Below, piece by piece: positions 1-9,856 of a stretch of DNA of 32,000 nucleotides. The stretch is from Cupriavidus necator (GTDB lineage: Bacteria > Pseudomonadota > Gammaproteobacteria > Burkholderiales > Burkholderiaceae): NCBI RefSeq assembly GCF_016127575.1, contig NZ_CP066020.1, positions 30,001-62,000 on the forward strand. Direction: 5' to 3'. How positions within the stretch are numbered: the stretch's first letter is position 1; each line of letters opens with the position of its first letter. Made by a program: the position numbers and the translations under genes. Under the pieces are notes generated by a model. It was given only the letters and a program-made list of their open reading frames with translations. It made no database searches and had not been told where the DNA came from.

Positions 1-1020
1 TACTGTTCCCTGACAGCCACATCCTTAGGACTGGGACCTTCCTTTCTGCCGCAGATCGCGCACGCGATGGAAACCAAGCCGCGTACACCAGTACTTTGGC
101 TGCACGGTCTCGAATGTACCTGTTGCTCGGAATCGTTCATTCGCTCGGCCCATCCGCTGGCAAAGGACGTCGTGCTATCGATGATCTCACTGGACTATGA
201 CGACACACTGATGGCGGCTGCCGGCCACCAGGCCGAGGCCATCCTCGAGGAGATCATGACGAAGTACAAGGGCAACTATATTCTGGCGGTGGAGGGGAAT
301 CCGCCACTCAATCAGGATGGCATGAGCTGCATCATCGGTGGGCGGCCATTCATTGAGCAGCTCAAATACGTGGCCAAGGATGCCAAGGCCATTATCTCCT
401 GGGGTTCCTGCGCATCCTGGGGATGCGTGCAGGCAGCCAAACCTAATCCCACTCAGGCCACACCGGTTCACAAGGTGATCACCGACAAGCCGATTATCAA
501 GGTCACGGGGTGCCCTCCGATTGCCGAAGTGATGACGGGTGTCATTACCTACATGCTCACCTTCGATCGTATTCCCGAACTGGATCGACAGGGTCGGCCG
601 AAGATGTTCTATAGCCAGCGCATCCACGACAAATGCTACCGGCGTCCACACTTCGATGCCGGCCAGTTCGTCGAGGAATGGGACGACGAATCAGCCCGCA
701 AAGGCTTCTGCTTATACAAGATGGGCTGTAAAGGCCCGACCACGTACAACGCCTGCTCCACCACGCGCTGGAACGAGGGGACGAGTTTCCCCATTCAGTC
801 GGGCCACGGTTGCATTGGTTGCTCCGAGGATGGCTTTTGGGACAAAGGCTCATTCTACGATCGTCTGACCGGCATCAGCCAGTTCGGCGTTGAGGCCAAC
901 GCCGACAAGATTGGCGGAACGGCCTCCGTCGTGGTGGGGGCGGCCGTGACGGCGCATGCCGCAGCGTCTGCGATCAAGCGTGCGTCGAAGAAGAACGAAA
1001 CCAGCGGCAGTGAACACTAA
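1..1020 (+). CDS. hoxK: Membrane-bound [NiFe]-hydrogenase small subunit; 5' end lies upstream of the window
   Basis: Frame 1 is open from nt 1 ([22 protein letters not shown] then METKPRTPV...), so the window begins inside the Tat signal peptide. FeS-ligand motifs [41 protein letters not shown] and HGCIGC are present. There is a hydrophobic C-terminal anchor ([21 protein letters not shown]). Stop TAA at 1018-1020. Confidence 0.95.
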   Translation, partial: YCSLTATSLGLGPSFLPQIAHAMETKPRTPVLWLHGLECTCCSESFIRSAHPLAKDVVLSMISLDYDDTLMAAAGHQAEAILEEIMTKYKGNYILAVEGNPPLNQDGMSCIIGGRPFIEQLKYVAKDAKAIISWGSCASWGCVQAAKPNPTQATPVHKVITDKPIIKVTGCPPIAEVMTGVITYMLTFDRIPELDRQGRPKMFYSQRIHDKCYRRPHFDAGQFVEEWDDESARKGFCLYKMGCKGPTTYNACSTTRWNEGTSFPIQSGHGCIGCSEDGFWDKGSFYDRLTGISQFGVEANADKIGGTASVVVGAAVTAHAAASAIKRASKKNETSGSEH

Positions 1021-1058
1021 GCCGCCGGGGAAACGACTGAATCAGGAAGATCGAAATA

Positions 1059-2915
<1,857 letters not shown>

Positions 2916-2980
2916 AAGGTGCCGGACCGGCGTCTGGCCAGCGAGCGGATATCGGTTCGGCAACGGCACAAGGAGATAGC

Positions 2981-3715
2981 ATGAGCACAAAAATGCAGGC
3001 GGATCGCATTGCAGATGCGACCGGGACCGACGAAGGAGCGGTAGCCAGCGGGAAGTCAATCAAGGCCACTTATGTTTATGAGGCGCCAGTGAGGCTGTGG
3101 CACTGGGTCAATGCGCTGGCGATCGTAGTGCTGGCAGTGACCGGATTTTTTATCGGCTCGCCGCCCGCGACCAGGCCGGGGGAGGCCAGCGCAAACTTTC
3201 TGATGGGCTATATTCGCTTTGCCCACTTTGTCGCAGCTTACATATTCGCGATCGGCATGCTGGGCCGCATCTACTGGGCGACGGCAGGGAATCATCATTC
3301 CCGCGAACTCTTCTCCGTGCCGGTGTTCACTCGGGCGTACTGGCAGGAGGTGATTTCGATGCTGCGTTGGTACGCCTTCCTATCTGCGCGTCCAAGCCGG
3401 TATGTCGGTCACAATCCGCTGGCCCGTTTCGCGATGTTCTTCATCTTCTTCCTGAGTTCGGTGTTCATGATCCTCACGGGCTTCGCGATGTACGGCGAAG
3501 GCGCACAGATGGGCTCGTGGCAGGAGCGCATGTTCGGCTGGGTCATTCCTTTGCTCGGTCAATCTCAGGATGTGCATACCTGGCATCATTTGGGTATGTG
3601 GTTCATTGTGGTGTTTGTGATCGTCCATGTCTATGCAGCGATTCGCGAGGACATCATGGGCCGCCAGAGCGTAGTGAGCACGATGGTCTCGGGCTATCGG
3701 ACCTTTAAGGACTGA
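2981..3715 (+). CDS. hoxZ: Membrane-integral b-type cytochrome of the MBH (HyaC/HupC family)
   Basis: The track ORF starts at 2855 but overlaps hoxG. ATG 2981 is preceded by AAGGAG (2970-2975) with 5-nt spacing and gives 244 aa. Four hydrophobic segments carry conserved His (HWVNALAIVVLAV, FAHFVAAYIFAI, HNPLARFAMFFIFF, WHHLGMWFIVVFVIVHVY). Confidence 0.93.
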   Translation: MSTKMQADRIADATGTDEGAVASGKSIKATYVYEAPVRLWHWVNALAIVVLAVTGFFIGSPPATRPGEASANFLMGYIRFAHFVAAYIFAIGMLGRIYWATAGNHHSRELFSVPVFTRAYWQEVISMLRWYAFLSARPSRYVGHNPLARFAMFFIFFLSSVFMILTGFAMYGEGAQMGSWQERMFGWVIPLLGQSQDVHTWHHLGMWFIVVFVIVHVYAAIREDIMGRQSVVSTMVSGYRTFKD

Positions 3716-4104
3716 TGCGCAATGCAACCGAAGCGATCGCAGGCTTTCGTCGATACCATGCACCCGCTACCGGAGGTATTGCCCTCGGTATGGTGGCATC
3801 CCGGCGTGTCACGGCGCGTGTCGGTTCATTCGGGCTGTTTTCTGAGTAGTCATTACCTCAAGCCGCTCGGCCTGTCGCAGCCCCACGCCCGCTGTCTGCT
3901 CAGGATTGCGAAACGGCGCTTGCATGAAATCATCAATTGGAACAGCCGTCAGGCTTGGAAAGGCGCCTGTTCCTCCTTTCGTGTCTCGGTCGCTCGCCGC
4001 ACGGTACACGGTTCCCTTTTTCGCTGACCACCGCCATGAGACCAACTCAAACGTCCGATATCGCACCTGGAACCAGCTGTAACCAATCCCGTGACAAGGA
4101 GCCG

Positions 4105-4713
4105 GTGGTAGTTGCAATGGGCATTGGCAATGTGCTCTGGGCGGATGAGGGCTTTGGCGTGCGCTGCATTGAAACCCTCCAGCAGCGCTATCAGTTCGCA
4201 CCGCAGGTATGCCTGGTCGACGGGGGCACGCAGGGGCTCTATCTGATCCACCACGTGCAGGCTGCGTCGCGCCTGCTGATCTTCGATGCGATCGACTATG
4301 GCCTGCCTCCAGGAACGCTGAGAATTATCGAAGACGAGGCGGTGCCGAAATTCCTTGGGGCCAAGAAGATGAGCCTGCACCAGACCGGCTTCCAGGAAGT
4401 ACTGTTGCTCGCCCAGTTGACGGGACAGTACCCGCAGCAGGTGGTGCTGATCGGCTGTCAGCCGGAGGAGTTGGAGGATTATGGCGGCAGTCTAAGGCGG
4501 GTGATGAAGGCTGCGGTGGAGGATGCGGTGGAGAAAGGGGCGGACTTGCTGCGGAGATGGGGCGGGATGCCGGTGCCTCGCACTGCGGAGCTTGCGCCTG
4601 CCGAGGCCGTGACCGTGCCGCATCTGGCGCTCGATCGCTACGAAGCCGAACGTCCTTCGCCTCGGGCCGCCTGCCGGATTGGCGATGAACGTTTTATGCC
4701 ACAGGATTTGTGA
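4105..4713 (+). CDS. hoxM: MBH large-subunit C-terminal endopeptidase (HyaD/HupD/HybD family)
   Basis: GIGNVLWADEGFGVRC motif and family-typical layout. GTG 4105 sits 3 nt after AAGGAG (4096-4101) and gives MVVAMGIGN..., 202 aa, which resembles the short N-termini of HybD-type proteases. In-frame alternatives are ATG 4036 and 3937, so the start is less certain than the gene call. Confidence 0.85.
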   Translation: MVVAMGIGNVLWADEGFGVRCIETLQQRYQFAPQVCLVDGGTQGLYLIHHVQAASRLLIFDAIDYGLPPGTLRIIEDEAVPKFLGAKKMSLHQTGFQEVLLLAQLTGQYPQQVVLIGCQPEELEDYGGSLRRVMKAAVEDAVEKGADLLRRWGGMPVPRTAELAPAEAVTVPHLALDRYEAERPSPRAACRIGDERFMPQDL

Positions 4714-4722
4714 GGGGCGAAT

Positions 4723-5046
4723 ATGTGTATTGGCATTCCCATGCAGGTCATGGCGATCGAGCCTGGATATGCGGTCTGTGCGGGACGCGGCGAACGACGG
4801 AGAGTCTCGAGCGCGCTGGTTGGTGACTGCCAGCAGGGCGACTGGCTGCTGGTCTTCCTGGATTCGGCGCGTGAGCGGATCGATGCGCTCAGGGCGCATG
4901 AAATCGATGCCACGCTGGATATGCTGCAAGCGGCCCTGCTGGGTCTTGACGCATCCGAAGCGCAACCACGTTTTGAACTGCCATCGGCGATGGCCCGCGA
5001 GGACCTCGCCGTTCTATCCAACTCCAGAGATTCTTCCTCTTACTAA
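4723..5046 (+). CDS. hoxL: HypC/HupF-family chaperone specific for the MBH large subunit
   Basis: 107-aa ORF starting MCIGIP (essential Cys2 signature of the HypC family). It begins 9 nt after the hoxM stop. Confidence 0.92.
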   Translation: MCIGIPMQVMAIEPGYAVCAGRGERRRVSSALVGDCQQGDWLLVFLDSARERIDALRAHEIDATLDMLQAALLGLDASEAQPRFELPSAMAREDLAVLSNSRDSSSY

Positions 5047-5056
5047 GGTAACTTTC

Positions 5057-5542
5057 ATGTCGACCGAATCAGCGATGTTTCTTGCCCCCATCCCGACGAC
5101 GGACGCAGTACCGCCGGTGATCGAACGTCTGGTCGAACAGCATCAGGCTGCCTGGGTTGACCAGGATTCCATTGACGACTGGCTGGCTGGCGGCGGCGAT
5201 TGCGTGCTGTTTATCGCCGGCGACCCGGTGCGCTTTCCCGAGTGCGTGGATGTCGCTGTCGTGTTGCCGGAGTTGCAAAGGGTGTTCTTCAATGGTTTTC
5301 GCATTGGCGTGGCGAAACGTGAACGTGAGCACGAAGATGTGCTGGCGAATCGCTTTGGCACGCAGCGTCGACCGTCGCTGGTGTTCTTGCGAGACGGTGC
5401 CTATGTGAGCGTAATCGCCGGCATGCGCGACTGGGACGAATACGTGCGCGAGGTCCGGCGGGCGCTCGCGATGCCGACTTCACGGCCGCCATCCATCGGC
5501 ATTCCAGTGATTTCGGCGGCAGCCGGCGGCAGTTGCCACTGA
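5057..5542 (+). CDS. hoxO: HyaE/HupG-family small-subunit chaperone (thioredoxin-like fold)
   Basis: ATG 5057 lies 10 nt after the hoxL stop, giving 161 aa (MSTESAMFLAPIPTTDAVPPVIERLVEQH...DCVLFIAGDPVRFPE...). The longer track ORF (from 4679) would overlap hoxM and hoxL entirely. Confidence 0.88.
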   Translation: MSTESAMFLAPIPTTDAVPPVIERLVEQHQAAWVDQDSIDDWLAGGGDCVLFIAGDPVRFPECVDVAVVLPELQRVFFNGFRIGVAKREREHEDVLANRFGTQRRPSLVFLRDGAYVSVIAGMRDWDEYVREVRRALAMPTSRPPSIGIPVISAAAGGSCH

Positions 5543-5573
5543 TCCGTCGAACAATGCCTCACAGGACAACGCG

Positions 5574-6422
5574 ATGAATTCATTTCCCATTCCGGTCGTG
5601 CTGCTCGGTCCCGGTTCGCAAGCCGAGGATGAAACGCTCGATTACATACACATGCCGCAGGGCATGAGTGTCTATACACCGCCTGTGCTGCCGGAACCCG
5701 AGCAGATTGCCTGCCTGACCCAAGCGCAAAGTGTGCTGCGGGCGATTCTCGACGCGCTGGACCGCGCGGACCCGAAACAGCCCAATCCAAGAATCGAATT
5801 GTGGGCATTGGACGAAGAAAACCGTCAACTGCTCAAGCAAGTGCTTGGTGAGGGGGAGGTGAGTGCAAGGATTGAGGGCGAGTACCAGGTGTATATCCAG
5901 GAAGCTGTATTTGCAGGGGTGTGGCGCGTGGTGTCCACTTGCCCCGATGCGACGACGGACTACATCGAGGTTGGCGCAGCACCGGAAGTGCTGCGCGGCG
6001 CGGCGCGTTATGGCGCCAATCAGTGGAGTCTGGATGTCGGGCGGGTGCCCGACGGTGTCATGAACGCGCCCTCGATCCTGGCGGAGATCGATGACCAATT
6101 GCTGAGTTGGCATCCCGGCAAGCCGGTGCATGTCGTCAACCTGACATTACTGCCGATGTCGCCGCAAGATATTACGTTTCTCGACGAAACTCTCGGTGCT
6201 GCAAGCGTCACCATCCTTTCGCGCGGCTATGGCAACTGTCGCATTAGCAGCACGGCAGTGCCATATTGCTGGCGGGTGGTGTATTTCAATTCGCAGGACA
6301 CCACCATTCTCAACACCGTCGAGATTACCGATCTGCCGGAAGTGGCCTGCGCGGCCCCGGAAGACCTGCGGGATTCTCACGAACGTCTGACAGAGGTACT
6401 GAAATGGGTGGGGAGCATATGA
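5574..6422 (+). CDS. hoxQ: HyaF/HupH-family MBH maturation protein
   Basis: 282-aa ORF in the position of hyaF/hupH in syntenic group-1 hydrogenase operons. Its stop overlaps the hoxR start (ATGA). Confidence 0.88.
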   Translation: MNSFPIPVVLLGPGSQAEDETLDYIHMPQGMSVYTPPVLPEPEQIACLTQAQSVLRAILDALDRADPKQPNPRIELWALDEENRQLLKQVLGEGEVSARIEGEYQVYIQEAVFAGVWRVVSTCPDATTDYIEVGAAPEVLRGAARYGANQWSLDVGRVPDGVMNAPSILAEIDDQLLSWHPGKPVHVVNLTLLPMSPQDITFLDETLGAASVTILSRGYGNCRISSTAVPYCWRVVYFNSQDTTILNTVEITDLPEVACAAPEDLRDSHERLTEVLKWVGSI

Positions 6423-6655
6423 ACGACGCAGGTATGGGGCGCTTCGAAGGCAGTTACCTGGGAGATCGGGGGCGCCTGGCGGCCGACGCGCGGCTGGAAT
6501 GCAAGATCTGCTGGTGGGAGTACGATCCTGAAGTCGGCGATCCAGTTTGGCAGATTGCGCCCGGCACTTCATTTTCGGCGCTCCCGGCGCACTGGCGGTG
6601 TCCGAATTGCGACGGTGAAGCCGAGCAATTTATGGTGCTCGGTCCGCAGGCGTGA
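6419..6655 (+). CDS. hoxR: Rubredoxin-type maturation protein (HupI-like)
   Basis: ATG 6419 overlaps the hoxQ stop and gives 78 aa. Rubredoxin iron-binding pairs are present: CKICWWEYDP and WRCPNCDG. Confidence 0.92.
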   Translation: MNDAGMGRFEGSYLGDRGRLAADARLECKICWWEYDPEVGDPVWQIAPGTSFSALPAHWRCPNCDGEAEQFMVLGPQA

Positions 6656-6667
6656 GAGACTGCAACG

Positions 6668-7207
6668 ATGTTGCTGGCCAACTATGGAGCCTGTGAAGTG
6701 GACCGGGTGCGCCATCTGGAAGAGGCTTTCTGCTGCATTGCGGCAACTCGCATGGCCGATATCCCCGTGGTGAACCGCGCGTTGTCGGTGGAAGCATTGG
6801 GGTTCGAGCAGTGTGCCGAATCAGCGGGCGGCTCGGATGGCGAAATGGGGATTCTCATTACTCCCTGGTTCATGAACCTGATTTGGCTAGCGCCATACGG
6901 CCCATGCCTCGGAGAGCGGGATGCGTCGACGCTGCCGGTGGGAAAGACCTGTATGCGACGATTTGGAAGCCACGACTTCGAATTCATCGGTGCCTCGGAG
7001 CCACAGTTTGGTCCCTACCAATTTTGCTCATTATTTTCGCCGATGTTTGAATTCGCCAACCAGGCTAGTGCGCGCGCAACCGCGACGGAAGTATTGCGTC
7101 TGTTACGGGCGTCGCCAGATGCGCCTTTACCGCCAACGTGCGCCCCGCACCGAGACAGGCGGGGGTTTCTGTTCGGTAGGCGTCGAATTGAGGGGGAATC
7201 GTTATGA
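6668..7207 (+). CDS. hoxT: HybE/HupJ-like hydrogenase assembly chaperone
   Basis: 179-aa ORF in the syntenic position after the rubredoxin gene. Its stop overlaps the hoxV start (ATGA at 7204-7207). Confidence 0.85.
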   Translation: MLLANYGACEVDRVRHLEEAFCCIAATRMADIPVVNRALSVEALGFEQCAESAGGSDGEMGILITPWFMNLIWLAPYGPCLGERDASTLPVGKTCMRRFGSHDFEFIGASEPQFGPYQFCSLFSPMFEFANQASARATATEVLRLLRASPDAPLPPTCAPHRDRRGFLFGRRRIEGESL

Positions 7208-8355
7208 CTCGGGCCGTCGCGTTGACCGGTCGGCTGACATTTCGCCCAGGGCAGGTGCCAGGCATTGCGGGTGAGCGCCCCCAACTCGCCGAACGATTGC
7301 TGCGAGGCCGGCCCGGCGAGGCTGCACCGCACCTCCTGCCGAGGCTCTTTGCTCTGTGCGGCGAGGCGCACGGCGTCACCGCGGCGCTCGCCGTGAACGC
7401 TGCGCTTGGTCGTGTCGCCGCGCCCGAACCGGCGCTGTTTCGAAGGCTCGCCCATGAGACGGCATGTGAGCATATCCGCCGCATCTGGCTGGACTGGCCG
7501 CTGCATCTGGCCAGCGGGCCGGTGCCGTCCACGTTTAATAGTCGAGTGCCGCAGCGCGAACTGATTGATTGCCCGATGTTGAAGGCGTCGCATTCGGAGT
7601 CGGCCGCCATGCTCGCTTGGCTGGAGAGGGCGGTGCTGGGAACCGCACCCCGCCGCTGGCTGGCGCATTGGCATGAAGACCCGGCCGGCTGCCTTTCCAC
7701 ATGGGCGACCAAGATCCACACCTGGCCTGCAATGGCAATGCGTCAGTGCATGCAGGTAGCGCAGGCCATGGCGAGCATGCCTGCCCCCCTGCTGCCGCAC
7801 GCGTCAACGGACGCCTTGCGCGAACTGGCGCAGTCCTTGGCCGGGGAGGCGGACTTTCCTTGCCGCCCAAGCTGGCAAGGCCGGGTGTTCGAGACTGGCA
7901 GTTGGACACGACTGGGGCTGGCGGATTGCAGCGCCTTCGGCAACATGTGGTTGCGGCTGGGCGCGCGCATCGCGGAGTTGGTGTTGCTGTCGCTGCGGGA
8001 CGGTATGCAGGCATCCGGGGAGGCACATGATTCACCTTGTCTGCAAATGGGCGCATTGGCGCTGGCTCCCGGCCAGGCGTTGGCATGGAGCGAAATGGCC
8101 CGTGGCTTGCTGATGCACTGGGTACGTCTGGTGGATACGCCGCAAGGACCGGTGATCGGCGGCTATCGGATCATTGCGCCGACTGAATGGAACTTCCATC
8201 CGGACGGGGCGGTGGCGCACATGCTCGCCCACCTCGCGCCGTTCGACGCGGCCGATGTGCGGCGCAGCATCGGCATTCTGGTCGCGGCGTATGATCCTTG
8301 CGTCCCCTATACGGTGGAGTTCGCGGAGTCTTTGGGAGATACTGTCCATGCATGA
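7204..8355 (+). CDS. hoxV: HupK-like scaffold protein, a degenerate paralogue of the large subunit
   Basis: 383-aa ORF. It has relic large-subunit motifs with one Cys each: RLFALCGEAHG (compare [10 protein letters not shown]) and DPCVPYTVEF (compare DPCLACSTH). Syntenic with hupK. Confidence 0.88.
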   Translation: MTRAVALTGRLTFRPGQVPGIAGERPQLAERLLRGRPGEAAPHLLPRLFALCGEAHGVTAALAVNAALGRVAAPEPALFRRLAHETACEHIRRIWLDWPLHLASGPVPSTFNSRVPQRELIDCPMLKASHSESAAMLAWLERAVLGTAPRRWLAHWHEDPAGCLSTWATKIHTWPAMAMRQCMQVAQAMASMPAPLLPHASTDALRELAQSLAGEADFPCRPSWQGRVFETGSWTRLGLADCSAFGNMWLRLGARIAELVLLSLRDGMQASGEAHDSPCLQMGALALAPGQALAWSEMARGLLMHWVRLVDTPQGPVIGGYRIIAPTEWNFHPDGAVAHMLAHLAPFDAADVRRSIGILVAAYDPCVPYTVEFAESLGDTVHA

Positions 8356-8707
8356 GCTCAGCCTGGCGGGTGGCATCTTGCAGTTGCTCGAAGACGCTGC
8401 GCGGCGCGAACGATTTGCTCGGGTCACGCTCTTGCGCCTCGAGGCAGGCAAGTTGTGTGGCGTGGAGGTACGCGCGCTGCGTTTCGCGCTCGAGGCCATT
8501 GCTTCGGGAACCTGCCTGGAGGGCGCTTGTATCGAGATCGAGGAACCTGAGGGACAGGCCTGGTGCCTGCAGTGCAATGCAGCGGTTGCTTTGGCGGAGC
8601 GTGGCGCACCATGCAGCGGATGCGGCGGCTACCGGCTCCAGCCCACTGCGGGGACCGAGTTGCGTGTTATGGACATGCTGGTCGAAGATCACTGGTGTCC
8701 TGAATGA
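8348..8707 (+). CDS. hypA: Nickel-insertion metallochaperone HypA
   Basis: ATG 8348 overlaps hoxV by 8 nt. The product has the N-terminal MHE motif and the zinc site CLQC...CSGC, 119 aa. The upstream extension in the track ORF lies inside hoxV. Confidence 0.93.
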   Translation: MHELSLAGGILQLLEDAARRERFARVTLLRLEAGKLCGVEVRALRFALEAIASGTCLEGACIEIEEPEGQAWCLQCNAAVALAERGAPCSGCGGYRLQPTAGTELRVMDMLVEDHWCPE

Positions 8708-8769
8708 AAAATTCATTGAATCAGGACACCAGGGTGAAGCGATCTGCGAGAAGAAAGGAGTAGGCGAAA

Positions 8770-9855
8770 ATGTGCGTCATATGTGGATGCAATACCAATC
8801 ACGAGACTGCCCGGCAAGACGAGAATAAGGGCGAACATGCTCCCGGCCGTGGCCTCGTCGATACCGGCACCGAGCCGCCGGGCGCGGCGCATGTACGGAT
8901 CGATGCGTCCACCGGTGATCTGCACTACGGCGCGGGGCCGGCGCACGTGTCTGTGCCGGGTCTCAGTCAAGCGCGTGCGATCAAACTGGAACAGGACGTG
9001 CTGGGTCACAACAATCGCCTTGCTGCACACAACCGTCAGCATTTCGTCGCACATGGTGTGCTTGCACTGAATCTCGTTTCCAGTCCGGGGTCGGGCAAGA
9101 CGACCTTGCTCTGCACTACCATCGAAGCCTTGCGGCGGTGCCGTGCGGACCTGCAGCTGGCCGTGATCGAGGGCGACCAGCAGACCAGTCATGACGCAGA
9201 GCGCATCCGGGCCACGGGTGTACCTGCGATCCAGATCAATACCGGCAAGGGCTGTCATCTCGATGCGCTAATGGTTGCCAATGCGTACGAGCGCCTCCCC
9301 TTGCACGCCGCGGCACATGCGCACACCCATGAGCACCGTCAAGAGGACGGACAGCATTCCCACCATCATGACCACGAGCATGCTCGCCACGATCACCACG
9401 ATCACCGATCCAGCGGCATCGGCAGCGTCTTGTTCATAGAAAACGTCGGCAATCTGGTGTGCCCTGCAATGTGGGATCTGGGCGAATCCGCGAAGGTGGC
9501 GATCCTGTCGGTGACCGAGGGCGAGGACAAGCCGCTCAAGTATCCCGACATGTTCGCCGCCGCCAGCCTGATGATCCTGAACAAGATCGACCTGCTGCCA
9601 CATCTGCGCTTCGATGTAGCACGCTGCATCGAATATGCGCGGCAAGTCAATCCGCACCTTCAGGTGCTGCAGCTGTCGGCCGCGACAGGAGAGGGCGTGG
9701 ACGAGTGGCTAGACTGGATGCTGGCCGGCGGCGCGGCGGCAGGGGCTGCTGCCGCAACGGATGGCGCGCGCATGCGTATCGCCGCGCCGGAGGCCGGAAT
9801 CGCTGCCCTCGGAACGCAGTTGGCTCCCGGTCCGGCGGTGTCGAAGGAGATGTGA
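8770..9855 (+). CDS. hypB: Nickel-binding GTPase HypB
   Basis: AAGGAG lies upstream of ATG 8770. The N-terminal MCVICGC (CxxCGC) nickel site is present. GTPase motifs are [17 protein letters not shown] and NKIDL. There is an internal His-rich stretch (9304-9405) and an Ala/Gly-rich C-terminal tail. Confidence 0.95.
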   Translation: MCVICGCNTNHETARQDENKGEHAPGRGLVDTGTEPPGAAHVRIDASTGDLHYGAGPAHVSVPGLSQARAIKLEQDVLGHNNRLAAHNRQHFVAHGVLALNLVSSPGSGKTTLLCTTIEALRRCRADLQLAVIEGDQQTSHDAERIRATGVPAIQINTGKGCHLDALMVANAYERLPLHAAAHAHTHEHRQEDGQHSHHHDHEHARHDHHDHRSSGIGSVLFIENVGNLVCPAMWDLGESAKVAILSVTEGEDKPLKYPDMFAAASLMILNKIDLLPHLRFDVARCIEYARQVNPHLQVLQLSAATGEGVDEWLDWMLAGGAAAGAAAATDGARMRIAAPEAGIAALGTQLAPGPAVSKEM

Positions 9856-9856
9856 G

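Noticed and set aside
505-507. Thr in KVTGCPP of HoxK, where E. coli HyaA has KVPGCPP
   Set aside because: This position is variable among small subunits (for example Ala in Desulfovibrio enzymes), and I cannot verify the reference H16 residue from memory. I am not confident it is unusual.
3722-4027. 101-aa + strand ORF filling the hoxZ-hoxM spacer
   Set aside because: Its Arg/Ser/Cys/His-rich sequence has no motif and no SD in front of ATG 3722. It is retained only as part of the spacer observation.
3937-4104. Upstream in-frame extensions of hoxM (starts at 3937 or 4036)
   Set aside because: The extra residues are not protein-like for this family, whose members start a few residues before the GxGN motif. 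GTG 4105 has an adjacent AAGGAG. I cannot fully exclude ATG 4036.
7015-8716. Several 180-260-aa minus-strand ORFs opposite hoxV/hypA (7015-7800, 7065-7721, 7535-8086, 8032-8577, 8171-8716)
   Set aside because: These are mutually overlapping antisense shadow ORFs rich in R/P/A/G. The + strand carries the well-supported genes.
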